56,106 nt of DNA from Clostridiales bacterium (GTDB lineage Bacteria; Bacillota; Clostridia; Lachnospirales; Lachnospiraceae): the NCBI GenBank assembly GCA_021204005.1, contig JAJQAD010000144.1, positions 1 to 56,106 on the forward strand, in the 5' to 3' direction. Position 1 is the first letter of the stretch. The number at the start of each line of letters is the position of its first letter. The position numbers were made by a program, and so were the translations under genes. This document shows, in pieces, positions 10,032 through 18,830 of the stretch. The notes beneath the pieces were generated by a model. It was not told the DNA's origin and ran no database searches. It worked only from the letters and a program-made list of their open reading frames with translations.

Positions 10032-10604
10032 TCAGTCGGTTTCCTTACCTTCCCTGTTCTGCGCTTTTTCCCAGAAGTCTACCGGCTCATAGTCGCGGAG
10101 TTCGGCGAGAAAATGGTTTTCTTCCAACGCTGTCTGGATCAAGTCCAGGATATGCTTGTTTTCTGCGATAACCGTGTGGTAGTGAAAACCGGAGGTAATA
10201 TTTTTCAGGGGAGTGGATTTGCCTGAGCGGATGTCTTCCGCGAGATTGCGGATATCCAGTCGGGAGCGGATGTTCATGTCCGCGCGGAGGATACCGTAGG
10301 CTTTGTGGTAGACAAAGACATCGGTCACAATTCCGCCGAGATCTACAATCAGGGCCAGTTCCTTTTCTACCTCTTCGTCGGAATGAAAGACTTTAAAAAC
10401 CCGGGCAGCGGATCTTTGCTGCGGAATCAGATAGCCGGTTCGTGTGGAGAGAATGTCTGTTCCGTTGGCGCGCAGCAGGGCGATGTCCTGTACTATGATC
10501 TGTCGGCTGACATTCAGCTGCTCCGCGAGTTCTTTGCCGGATATCGCGCGTTCACCTGCGCTGAGCAAATGGAGGATTTCCTGTCTTCGTTCGTTCCCGG
10601 TCAT
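10032..10604 (-). CDS. niaR: Niacin-responsive transcriptional repressor (HTH_11 + 3H domain)
   Basis: ISGKELAEQLNVSRQIIVQDIALLR HTH; 3H-domain histidines (H..EE...EL, H..YG, HYHT). Confidence 0.88.
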   Translation of the reverse strand: MTGNERRQEILHLLSAGERAISGKELAEQLNVSRQIIVQDIALLRANGTDILSTRTGYLIPQQRSAARVFKVFHSDEEVEKELALIVDLGGIVTDVFVYHKAYGILRADMNIRSRLDIRNLAEDIRSGKSTPLKNITSGFHYHTVIAENKHILDLIQTALEENHFLAELRDYEPVDFWEKAQNREGKETD

Positions 10605-10877
10605 GTGTGTAATCAACTCCTTACCGTGAATATTGGTTGCTGATTTTGACTTCCTGCAATATCATAGCTTATCTCGCGGACTTGTGCAACAAAATTTATA
10701 ATTATTCGGAACCGGGAAAATTTGTATAAACAGATGCCCCTGTACAAAAAATACAAGGCTTTCGTCGTCATAAATTATATTTGTAATCATTATGGTTTTA
10801 TGATATATCTATTAGAAGGAAAGCTGAAACGAAGCAGAAAAGAAACTATACATACAGTCTTAATGGGGAGGGGCGTT

Positions 10878-13436
10878 ATGACATCAAAGGTGGTTTTATT
10901 TTCGGAATTTATGGAGAGGCAAAGGGAAAAGTATCACATTCCCGATTATGGCCTTTCGAGCAGGGCGGATTTTTATCAGATGGCGATGGCATATTCCGAG
11001 TTGGATCGGTCGACGCCGGTGCAGCCGAATTACTATGTTGCCATGTATTACATTGCGCGGTTTCTGACGACGGAGCTCTCGGAAGAGGCGACGGTTCGTA
11101 TTTTCAGCACTTCAGAGGAAGAGCGTCAGGAGTACGAGGAAGCCTACCGTGTATTTGCTGCGGGCAGGAATTTTTATGAGGCGGATCAGAAGATGGAGCC
11201 GCTGGTGAGGAAAAATCACCTGGAGGCGATTGCGCTGTACCCCATTATTCTCTCGCATCGTCATGGTAATGTTCAGTGGCGGACTTATGACGAGATGGCT
11301 GCCAAATTGTCGGATCCGGTGGCACACGTCCATGTGCCGAGCCTGTTGGCCATGTGTTTTGAGCAGAATCCCAGGGCACTTTGGCGCCTCCTTGACAGAG
11401 TGGACGAAGACGCCGGGCTTACCCGTATCATTCTGAAGTGGCAGGAGCTTATCTATCTTAACCAAATCTCCCGCAATCCTCATGACGGTTATGCGATGAC
11501 AAAGATTGCGAATCTCTATCGCAAGGATGCGTTAAAAGATGAAGCCTGTGAGAGATATTGGAATCTTCAGGCAGTGGAAGCCGGATATGGTCCGGCAGAA
11601 TTTGATGAGGCGATGCGCATCGAGATGCGGGAGTGTCATGAAAACTTTGGCGTTGCTTCGTATGAGCAGATTGATCTGGCGCTTCACTATCTGAGAGATG
11701 CACATTCCTGCGGTATTGCAAGCAGTAAAGAGTGGATTAAAATCATCAAAAAAGAAAGAAAGATGGAGGAGCAGTACCACCGCAACATGGCATCTTGCAG
11801 CAACTCCAACAGCAGGATCGAGGCGCAGATGCAGGAGTACCGGGATAAGCTGGATCGCAGGGAAACCATGCTGAATTTTCTGACAGAAGGGACGCCGTGG
11901 ACCAATAGGGACAGTGAGATTTACGGGTGGATGACGCAGGATTACGACCGGTTTAGCACGGATCTTATGCGGAGCGCGGTCCGCGAACGGCGTGAGGAAG
12001 AGTACCGGCAGAAATTGATGCGGGAATCGGTCGATGATGTGCGAAGTGAGATTGCGCAGCAGGATGCAGCGAGGAGTCTGGATCGGGCGAAACGAAGGCA
12101 GGAGGAGCAAAGACAATTGGATGCGGTTCGGCCGACGCAGGCGAGAGCAATCGCGGTGCCGTCTTCAATCCGGTCATTGCCGGTTGAGCCGGCACTGTTG
12201 GCTGATGAAGAGTTTAAGCTGTTGTATCAGAAGTGCAATGTCTGCCGCCAGGTGAGAGAATTTCAAGAGGCGGAGGTGACGGCGCGGGAAATGGTTCGGC
12301 ACTATCCGGATTCTCATATGGCGCGGTGGATGCATTTTTTGGCGGTGCATGGCATTGTCTTTTGCGGTGGTCTTGAGGTGTTTCGTATCGGGCAGTTGAG
12401 CGAAAAAAGTTATATGGAGGATGAAGACTGCCGTTGGATTGCGCAGCATGCCGGGGCGGAAGTCGGAGCAGGGTATGCATTATATTTTCAGATGTTTGAG
12501 GCGGCCCGGGAAAGATATCTGGAGGCGGGAAAGAAAACGTCAGATACCGAGGTTGTGTTCGTCTATCAAAGGGAGGATGCGGATGGAGATGAGACTTTTG
12601 CCTCCGCCATTATCCGTTCCCTGCAGAAGAAGAGATGGGGCGACACGCATATTTATTCTATTACAGACCGGGATTTTTCATTAGAACCGTATGACGGTGA
12701 GGCGTATACCTATGCGGCATTGAAAAATGCGAAGATTATGGTGCTCGTCGCGGATGTTGAGGATGATCTGTATCATCCGGAGGTTGTGCAGCAGTGGACG
12801 CGCTATCGCAGATGGGCGAAAACAGATTCAGAGAAACAGATCGTCGCCGTGAGCCTGGGCGCACTGAGGCAAAATTTTCAGGGTATAACAGAGAATATCT
12901 ATAATCTTGTCAATGCCGAGGATGTAGATCAGCTGTATCGGGGGATCATGGCCCTGATTGCGCAGCAGTGGATGAAGGCGGGGAATCGGGTTTCTTCTCA
13001 GGCGGCGACTGATTTTGCGGCAGGGCATTGCCCTGTCAATGAAGAACTGGGAACGCGGGTGCTTTCTACATCTTATATAAAGAAAGTGATGACACGGGAA
13101 ATGCACGCGCAGACGGATTATTTTGGTGATGAGGACGGCGACGGTATCATTCATCTGAGCTCTGTCACACATATCTCCTGCGCGGTTGTTTTGCAGCGTG
13201 CAATCGGCACGGCGAAAACGATCCGGATGCAGATGCAGGTATACGATATGCAGGGAGTGCAGATCTGCTGGCTGTATTATGATATCGATGTCAGAGCGGA
13301 CAATGACCGTTTTGCCGCGGGGTGGAATTTCCATGTGGATGTCAACGATTATATAATGAAGCCGGGAATGTATCGCCTGCGGATGTGGATTGATGACGGT
13401 GATTACGCGGAATGCTTTTTTGGAGTGTTGGAATAA
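10878..13436 (+). CDS. Large multidomain protein: helical/Sel1-like region, coiled coil, TPR, degenerate TIR-like domain, C-terminal beta-sandwich
   Basis: ATG 10878 after GGGGAGG; segment VVFVYQRED...YTYAALKNAKIMVLV...VVQQWTRY aligns by eye to clostridial TIR domains; C-terminus PGMYRLRMWIDD. Confidence 0.65.
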   Translation: MTSKVVLFSEFMERQREKYHIPDYGLSSRADFYQMAMAYSELDRSTPVQPNYYVAMYYIARFLTTELSEEATVRIFSTSEEERQEYEEAYRVFAAGRNFYEADQKMEPLVRKNHLEAIALYPIILSHRHGNVQWRTYDEMAAKLSDPVAHVHVPSLLAMCFEQNPRALWRLLDRVDEDAGLTRIILKWQELIYLNQISRNPHDGYAMTKIANLYRKDALKDEACERYWNLQAVEAGYGPAEFDEAMRIEMRECHENFGVASYEQIDLALHYLRDAHSCGIASSKEWIKIIKKERKMEEQYHRNMASCSNSNSRIEAQMQEYRDKLDRRETMLNFLTEGTPWTNRDSEIYGWMTQDYDRFSTDLMRSAVRERREEEYRQKLMRESVDDVRSEIAQQDAARSLDRAKRRQEEQRQLDAVRPTQARAIAVPSSIRSLPVEPALLADEEFKLLYQKCNVCRQVREFQEAEVTAREMVRHYPDSHMARWMHFLAVHGIVFCGGLEVFRIGQLSEKSYMEDEDCRWIAQHAGAEVGAGYALYFQMFEAARERYLEAGKKTSDTEVVFVYQREDADGDETFASAIIRSLQKKRWGDTHIYSITDRDFSLEPYDGEAYTYAALKNAKIMVLVADVEDDLYHPEVVQQWTRYRRWAKTDSEKQIVAVSLGALRQNFQGITENIYNLVNAEDVDQLYRGIMALIAQQWMKAGNRVSSQAATDFAAGHCPVNEELGTRVLSTSYIKKVMTREMHAQTDYFGDEDGDGIIHLSSVTHISCAVVLQRAIGTAKTIRMQMQVYDMQGVQICWLYYDIDVRADNDRFAAGWNFHVDVNDYIMKPGMYRLRMWIDDGDYAECFFGVLE

Positions 13437-13564
13437 GAGGCGAAAAGGGCAGGTGTGGAACACTGAATGAGGGTCTGCTGCATTTTGTGCAAGAGCATAT
13501 ATGGCAGAAAACGGATAGAGGAACAGATGGGCATGTTCGCATGTGAGTGGGGGAGAGTGAAGAA

Positions 13565-14749
13565 ATGACAGATCAGGAAAAGACAATGGAACATACAGCG
13601 TCACAAACAACAACGGACGATTTTATCCGCCTTAAGGCAGCTGCGGAAGGCGGAGATGTCAACGCTATGGAAAAACTGGCTGACAGATACCTGTATGGTG
13701 ATGGTACAGATTGCAACCCGGAGGATGCCGAACTGTGGCTGAGAAAGCTGGATGATTATTGGGGAGAGAAATTTTTAAAAACAGGAGAGATGGAAGCCGG
13801 GGATTCTCAGAGGGTTGTTTTGGGAAATCTGACACTGGCGCTGTGCAACAGGAAGCAGTATGAGGCTGCCCGGGAAGCCAATAAAAAACAGAGACAGGTC
13901 GTAAAATTAATGCGCGCGCATGAGGATACCGATGATGTACGCAGAAAACTGGGATATGTGTATATCCAGTCCGCCCTTGTCAGTGAGATAGAGAAAAAGC
14001 CTGCAGAGGAGATACCGTGGCTGAAGAAAGCGCTCGGCATATTTCTCCCGATTTATCAGAAACACAAAACAAAGTTTTGGATGACCGATGTAAATACCGC
14101 TTATCAGTACCTTAAAGATGCGTGTACAGAGTTGGGCAACAAAGAAGAGGCAATAGACTGGCAGGAGAAATCCATCGCAATCCGAATGGAGACGGATGCG
14201 GCCGAAATGTCAAAATCCGAGCGAATCTCTCTTGCTGCCGACTGTCACAGCTGTGCGTTTGCCTGCAGCAAGACTGACCGGCGGCAGGATGCGATTGATT
14301 ATTATGAGAAGGCGGTTGAGTTGAGGGAGAGAATCCTTGCGGAAAAAGGAGGCTCATCGGCTCTGAGAAAAAACCTGTCGGGCAGCTGTCATAACCTGGC
14401 CGGTCTGTATCGTAAGAAAAAGCAGTGGGAAACGGCGGAAATGTATTATCGACGCGCTATAGAATTGAGGGAGGCGCTTCTTGCGGAGGATGCGACGGAA
14501 GCGGTAAAAAAATCCCTGGCGTACAGCTATCATTTTCTGGGGATGGTTCTTCACTCGGAAGAGCGATTTGAGGATGCAGAGTTGGCTTTCCAAAAAGCAA
14601 TTGGGCTGCGTGAAGACTTGTATTTCCATATGGGGGTGAATTCTGTTCGCGCAGACTTATCCGCCACATATCGCCGAGCTACTCTAAACAGCTGTTCTTT
14701 AAAGTTATTCGGGGAGGCCAGAAGCCGGTTAAAAAATCTCTTGAGCTGA
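13565..14749 (+). CDS. Sel1-like + TPR repeat protein, apparently truncated by a frameshift near 14731-14736
   Basis: AAEGGDVNAMEKLADRYLYGDG (Sel1); repeated YYEKAVELRE / YRRAIELRE / FQKAIGLRE; the repeat pattern continues in another frame to 14889. Confidence 0.8.
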   Translation: MTDQEKTMEHTASQTTTDDFIRLKAAAEGGDVNAMEKLADRYLYGDGTDCNPEDAELWLRKLDDYWGEKFLKTGEMEAGDSQRVVLGNLTLALCNRKQYEAAREANKKQRQVVKLMRAHEDTDDVRRKLGYVYIQSALVSEIEKKPAEEIPWLKKALGIFLPIYQKHKTKFWMTDVNTAYQYLKDACTELGNKEEAIDWQEKSIAIRMETDAAEMSKSERISLAADCHSCAFACSKTDRRQDAIDYYEKAVELRERILAEKGGSSALRKNLSGSCHNLAGLYRKKKQWETAEMYYRRAIELREALLAEDATEAVKKSLAYSYHFLGMVLHSEERFEDAELAFQKAIGLREDLYFHMGVNSVRADLSATYRRATLNSCSLKLFGEARSRLKNLLS

Positions 14750-14928
14750 GGGTGTTGATCTGTGAGGAGGAAAAGACTGAGAGCGCTCAGGAGGATGTGG
14801 AACAAATCTACCGGGATTTTGCGGATCTTTGTACTGCTGAAGGGAACGATGCAGAAGCGCAGGAGTGGATGGAGAAAATATTGCAGTAATAAACAGCAGA
14901 TAAGCTGGTGTGAACAAGGAAAAGATGC

Positions 14929-14957
14929 TTGACTTTTTAGTATGTTCCTTTTATAAT
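14929..14957 (+). promoter_or_regulatory. Near-consensus SigA promoter
   Basis: TTGACT (14929-34), 17 nt, TATAAT (14952-57). Confidence 0.75.
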
Positions 14958-14960
14958 TTG

Positions 14961-15119
14961 AAATTATTCAGAGTCAGGCAAATTTGTAGAAAAACAGTGT
15001 CGGATGCTTGCATTCGTAAGCTGTTTTTTGTGCAAATTTATCTGGCGAGAACGCGACAGCGAGGAAATGTACCCGCAGGGCAGACCCGTAGCATTTTCGA
15101 GCCTGATTCTGAATAATTT
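14961..15119 (+). ncRNA. Highly structured ~160-nt element (candidate ncRNA or MITE/REP-like repeat)
   Basis: 19-bp closing stem AAATTATTCAGAGTCAGGC / GCCTGATTCTGAATAATTT enclosing two further hairpins; starts at the predicted +1 of the SigA promoter. Confidence 0.55.
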
Positions 15120-15147
15120 CTACATCTTGATTTAATGATGATTATAA

Positions 15148-15407
15148 TGAAAAGCATTGACGAAGACAGTACGCTGGCAATGAACGTCACAGCGAGCCGG
15201 GTTGGTGTGAGCCGGTATCAGTATTTCCAACCGAAGATCCCTTCTGAGCTGCAGTTTCGAAATGGTAAAGCAAAGTAGAGACTGACGGATTCCCGCCGTT
15301 ACCAGGGAGCAGTATCCGGCGTCGAAAAAGAGACCGCGTACTTTCGAACAGGTGGTTTTATGATGGCACGTGCCCTCATCCTTTTCGGGTGGGGGCTTTC
15401 TTATTTT
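15148..15407 (+). promoter_or_regulatory. T-box riboswitch (Ile-specific) leader of ileS
   Basis: AGCGAG and GGTGTGA stem-I motifs, specifier GAAG-ATC (15237-39 = Ile), CCGTTA, antiterminator AGG-TGGTTTT-ATGA...TCAT-CCT, terminator GCCCTCATCC/GGGTGGGGGC + U-tract (15372-15407). Confidence 0.88.
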
Positions 15408-15563
15408 AGCGTAGGCAATGAGCAGTGCCGACAGGCAGAAATCATGGATGCGGGGAGTGTGCTCACCGTCAGACATGAGATTTTGGCTGACGATAGGGTG
15501 AAGCCCGGAAAACAAAAAACACGCAGTGTTTTGAGTGGGCACTGCGGAGAAAAGGAGACTGAC

Positions 15564-18500
15564 ATGTACGAAAAAGTTTCAACGAACATGAATTTCGTCG
15601 AACGCGAGAAGAAGACGGAACAGTTCTGGCGAGAGAACGACATTTTCAGAAAAAGCATGAAAAACCGCGAAGGTTGCGAGACCTACACTTTTTACGATGG
15701 ACCGCCGACCGCCAACGGCAAGCCGCATATCGGCCACGTCCTGACCCGCGTGATCAAGGATATGATTCCCCGTTATCAGACAATGAAGGGGAAGATGGTT
15801 CCGCGGAAAGCGGGATGGGATACCCACGGGCTTCCGGTGGAGCTGGAGGTGGAGAAGAAGCTCGGCCTGGACGGTAAAGACCAGATCGAGGAATACGGCA
15901 TCGAGCCGTTTATCCGCCAGTGTAAGGAGTCTGTCTGGAAATATAAGGGCATGTGGGAGGACTTCTCCGGCACGGTCGGATTCTGGGCGGATATGGACGA
16001 TCCGTATGTGACCTATGATGACGATTATATTGAGTCAGAGTGGTGGGCACTGAATGAGATCTGGAAGAAGGGCCTGTTATACAAGGGATTTAAAATTGTG
16101 CCCTACTGCCCCCGGTGCGGCACCCCGCTGTCGACGGCGGAGGTTTCCCAGGGGTATAAGACGGTAAAAGAGCGGTCCGCGATTGTCCGCTTTAAGGTGG
16201 TGGGCGAGGATGCTTACTTCCTGGCATGGACGACAACCCCCTGGACGCTGCCGAGCAACCTGGCGCTCTGCGTGAACCCCGACGATACCTATGTGAAGGT
16301 GAAGGCCGGCGACGGATATACCTATTATATGGCGGAGGCGTTGCTGGATACGGTGCTGGGGCGGTTTGCTGTAAAGGATGATAATAACGGGGACAACAAG
16401 CCTGCAAGTGCTGAGACAGGCAAAAAGGCGACTGCCGAGACAGATACGGAGACGGAAGCGACTAAAATCACAGCAGACAGCGAAATTGCCGCAAAGGGCT
16501 ACATTATCCTCGAGACTTTCCGGGGAAAAGATCTGGAGTACAAAGAATATGAGCCGCTCTTTGCCTGCGCAAAGACAGCCGCTGACAAACAGGGCAAAAA
16601 AGCGTTTTATGTCACCTGCGATTCCTACGTCACCATGTCCGATGGTACCGGCATTGTTCACATTGCCCCTGCTTTCGGTGAGGACGACGCCCAGGTAGGG
16701 CGCAAGTATGACCTTCCGTTTGTGCAGTTTGTGGACGGCAAGGGTCTGATGTCTGAGGAAACTCCCTATGCGGGCGTTTTTGTAAAGAAAGCAGATCCCA
16801 TGGTGATCACAGACCTGGATAAAGAGGGCAAACTGTTCGACGCGCCGAAGTTTGAGCATGAGTATCCGCACTGCTGGCGCTGCGATACACCGCTGATCTA
16901 CTACGCCCGTGAGTCCTGGTATATCAAAGAGACCGCAGTGAAGGACGATCTGATTAAAAACAACAACACGGTAAACTGGATTCCCGAGTCTATCGGGAAA
17001 GGCCGTTTCGGGAACTGGCTGGAAAACATCCAGGACTGGGCTATCTCCCGGAACCGTTACTGGGGCACTCCGTTGAACATCTGGGAGTGCGAGTGCGGGC
17101 ACTTAGAGTCCATCGGCAGCCGCGCGGAGCTTGCAGAGAAGAGCGGCAATCCGGAGGCGGCGAAGGTGGAGCTGCACCGTCCTTATATCGACGAGATCAC
17201 GATCAAGTGCCCCTGCTGCGGCAAGGATATGCACCGTGTGCCGGAAGTGATCGACTGCTGGTTTGACTCCGGAGCGATGCCGTTTGCCCAGCATCACTAT
17301 CCGTTTGAGAACAAAGAGGTGTTTGAGCAGCAGTTCCCGGCGCAGTTTATCTCCGAGGCGGTAGATCAGACAAGAGGATGGTTCCACTCGCTGATGGCAG
17401 AATCCACGCTGCTGTTTAACAAAGCACCCTATGAGAACGTCATTGTCCTGGGACACGTTCAGGATGAGAACGGACAGAAGATGAGCAAGTCCAAGGGCAA
17501 TGCAGTTGACCCGTTCGAGGCGCTGGAGCAGTACGGTGCCGACGCGATCCGCTGGTATTTTTACATCAATTCCGCGCCCTGGCTGCCGAACCGTTTCCAC
17601 GGGAAAGCCGTTCAGGAGGGACAGAGAAAGTTCATGGGAACTCTTTGGAACACCTATGCGTTCTTCGTCCTCTATGCGAACATTGACAATTTTGACGCGA
17701 CAAAATATGAACTGGAATATGAAAAACTGTCTGTCATAGATAAATGGCTGCTGTCCCGCTTGAATTCCACCGTCCGTGCGGTCGACGGGCATCTGGGTGC
17801 TTACCGCATCCCGGAGGCGGCCAGAGAGCTGCAGGCTTTTGTGGAGGACATGAGCAACTGGTACGTGCGCCGCGGCCGCGAGCGCTACTGGGCGAAGGGC
17901 ATGGAGCAGGATAAGATCAACGCCTATATGACGCTGTATACCGCTTTGGTGACGATTGCGAAAGCGGCGGCACCGATGATTCCGTTTATGACCGAGGATA
18001 TTTACCGCAACCTGGTGTGCAGCATCGACGTTTCCGCGCCGGAGAGCGTGCATCTGTGTGATTACCCAGTCTGCGATGAGAGCATGATTGACCCGGAACT
18101 GGAGAAAAATATGGAGCAGGCGCTTTCCATTGTTGTCCTTGGCAGGGCGGCGAGAAATTCCAGTGGGATCAAGAACCGGCAGCCTGTCGGGGAGATGCTG
18201 GTGCAGTCCGCTGCGAAACTGCCGGAATATTTTACGGATATCATTGCAGACGAGCTGAATATTAAAAAAGTCACGTTTAAGGACGATGTCAGCGAGTATA
18301 CCAGCTATGAATTTAAGCCGCAGCTGCGCACGGTCGGACCGAAATACGGCCGGTATCTGGGGCAGATCAAGGCGGCTCTGGCGAGCATCGACGGGCATGA
18401 CGCTTACGTAAAATTAAAGAAAAATGGGTTTATTTCCTTGACAGATATCAGCGAAGATATTATTCTGACAGAGGATGACCTTCTCATTTCTGTAGCACAG

Positions 18501-18830
18501 ACAGAAGGTTTTTCCATTGAAACAGGGAATGACATTACAGTGGTTCTGGATACGCATCTGACGCCGGAACTGATCGAGGAGGGGCTTGTCCGCGAGATCA
18601 TCAGCAAAGTGCAGACGATGCGGAAGGAAGCCGGTTTTGAGGTGATGGATCAGATTACGGTCACCTATCAGGCGGAACAGGAAATCTGTGATGTGTTTGC
18701 AGCTCATCAGGCGGAGATCTGCGGCGATGTTCTGGCGACGGAGATCCGGGCAGGAGAACTGGCCGGTTATCAGAAAGACTGGAATATCAATGGGCACAAA
18801 GTATCATTAGGAGTGGAGAAAAATGAGTAA
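15564..18830 (+). CDS. ileS: Isoleucine--tRNA ligase (type 2, IleRS2)
   Basis: YDGPPTANGKPHIGH, GWDTHGLPVE, WTTTPWTL, DWAISRNRYWG, KMSKS; ATG 15564 after AAGGAG. Confidence 0.97.
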   Translation: MYEKVSTNMNFVEREKKTEQFWRENDIFRKSMKNREGCETYTFYDGPPTANGKPHIGHVLTRVIKDMIPRYQTMKGKMVPRKAGWDTHGLPVELEVEKKLGLDGKDQIEEYGIEPFIRQCKESVWKYKGMWEDFSGTVGFWADMDDPYVTYDDDYIESEWWALNEIWKKGLLYKGFKIVPYCPRCGTPLSTAEVSQGYKTVKERSAIVRFKVVGEDAYFLAWTTTPWTLPSNLALCVNPDDTYVKVKAGDGYTYYMAEALLDTVLGRFAVKDDNNGDNKPASAETGKKATAETDTETEATKITADSEIAAKGYIILETFRGKDLEYKEYEPLFACAKTAADKQGKKAFYVTCDSYVTMSDGTGIVHIAPAFGEDDAQVGRKYDLPFVQFVDGKGLMSEETPYAGVFVKKADPMVITDLDKEGKLFDAPKFEHEYPHCWRCDTPLIYYARESWYIKETAVKDDLIKNNNTVNWIPESIGKGRFGNWLENIQDWAISRNRYWGTPLNIWECECGHLESIGSRAELAEKSGNPEAAKVELHRPYIDEITIKCPCCGKDMHRVPEVIDCWFDSGAMPFAQHHYPFENKEVFEQQFPAQFISEAVDQTRGWFHSLMAESTLLFNKAPYENVIVLGHVQDENGQKMSKSKGNAVDPFEALEQYGADAIRWYFYINSAPWLPNRFHGKAVQEGQRKFMGTLWNTYAFFVLYANIDNFDATKYELEYEKLSVIDKWLLSRLNSTVRAVDGHLGAYRIPEAARELQAFVEDMSNWYVRRGRERYWAKGMEQDKINAYMTLYTALVTIAKAAAPMIPFMTEDIYRNLVCSIDVSAPESVHLCDYPVCDESMIDPELEKNMEQALSIVVLGRAARNSSGIKNRQPVGEMLVQSAAKLPEYFTDIIADELNIKKVTFKDDVSEYTSYEFKPQLRTVGPKYGRYLGQIKAALASIDGHDAYVKLKKNGFISLTDISEDIILTEDDLLISVAQTEGFSIETGNDITVVLDTHLTPELIEEGLVREIISKVQTMRKEAGFEVMDQITVTYQAEQEICDVFAAHQAEICGDVLATEIRAGELAGYQKDWNINGHKVSLGVEKNE

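Noticed and set aside
15360-15563. N-terminal extension of IleS in the ORF track
   Set aside because: It runs through the T-box terminator; the start with an AAGGAG SD is at 15564. Similar over-extended starts were trimmed for several other ORFs.
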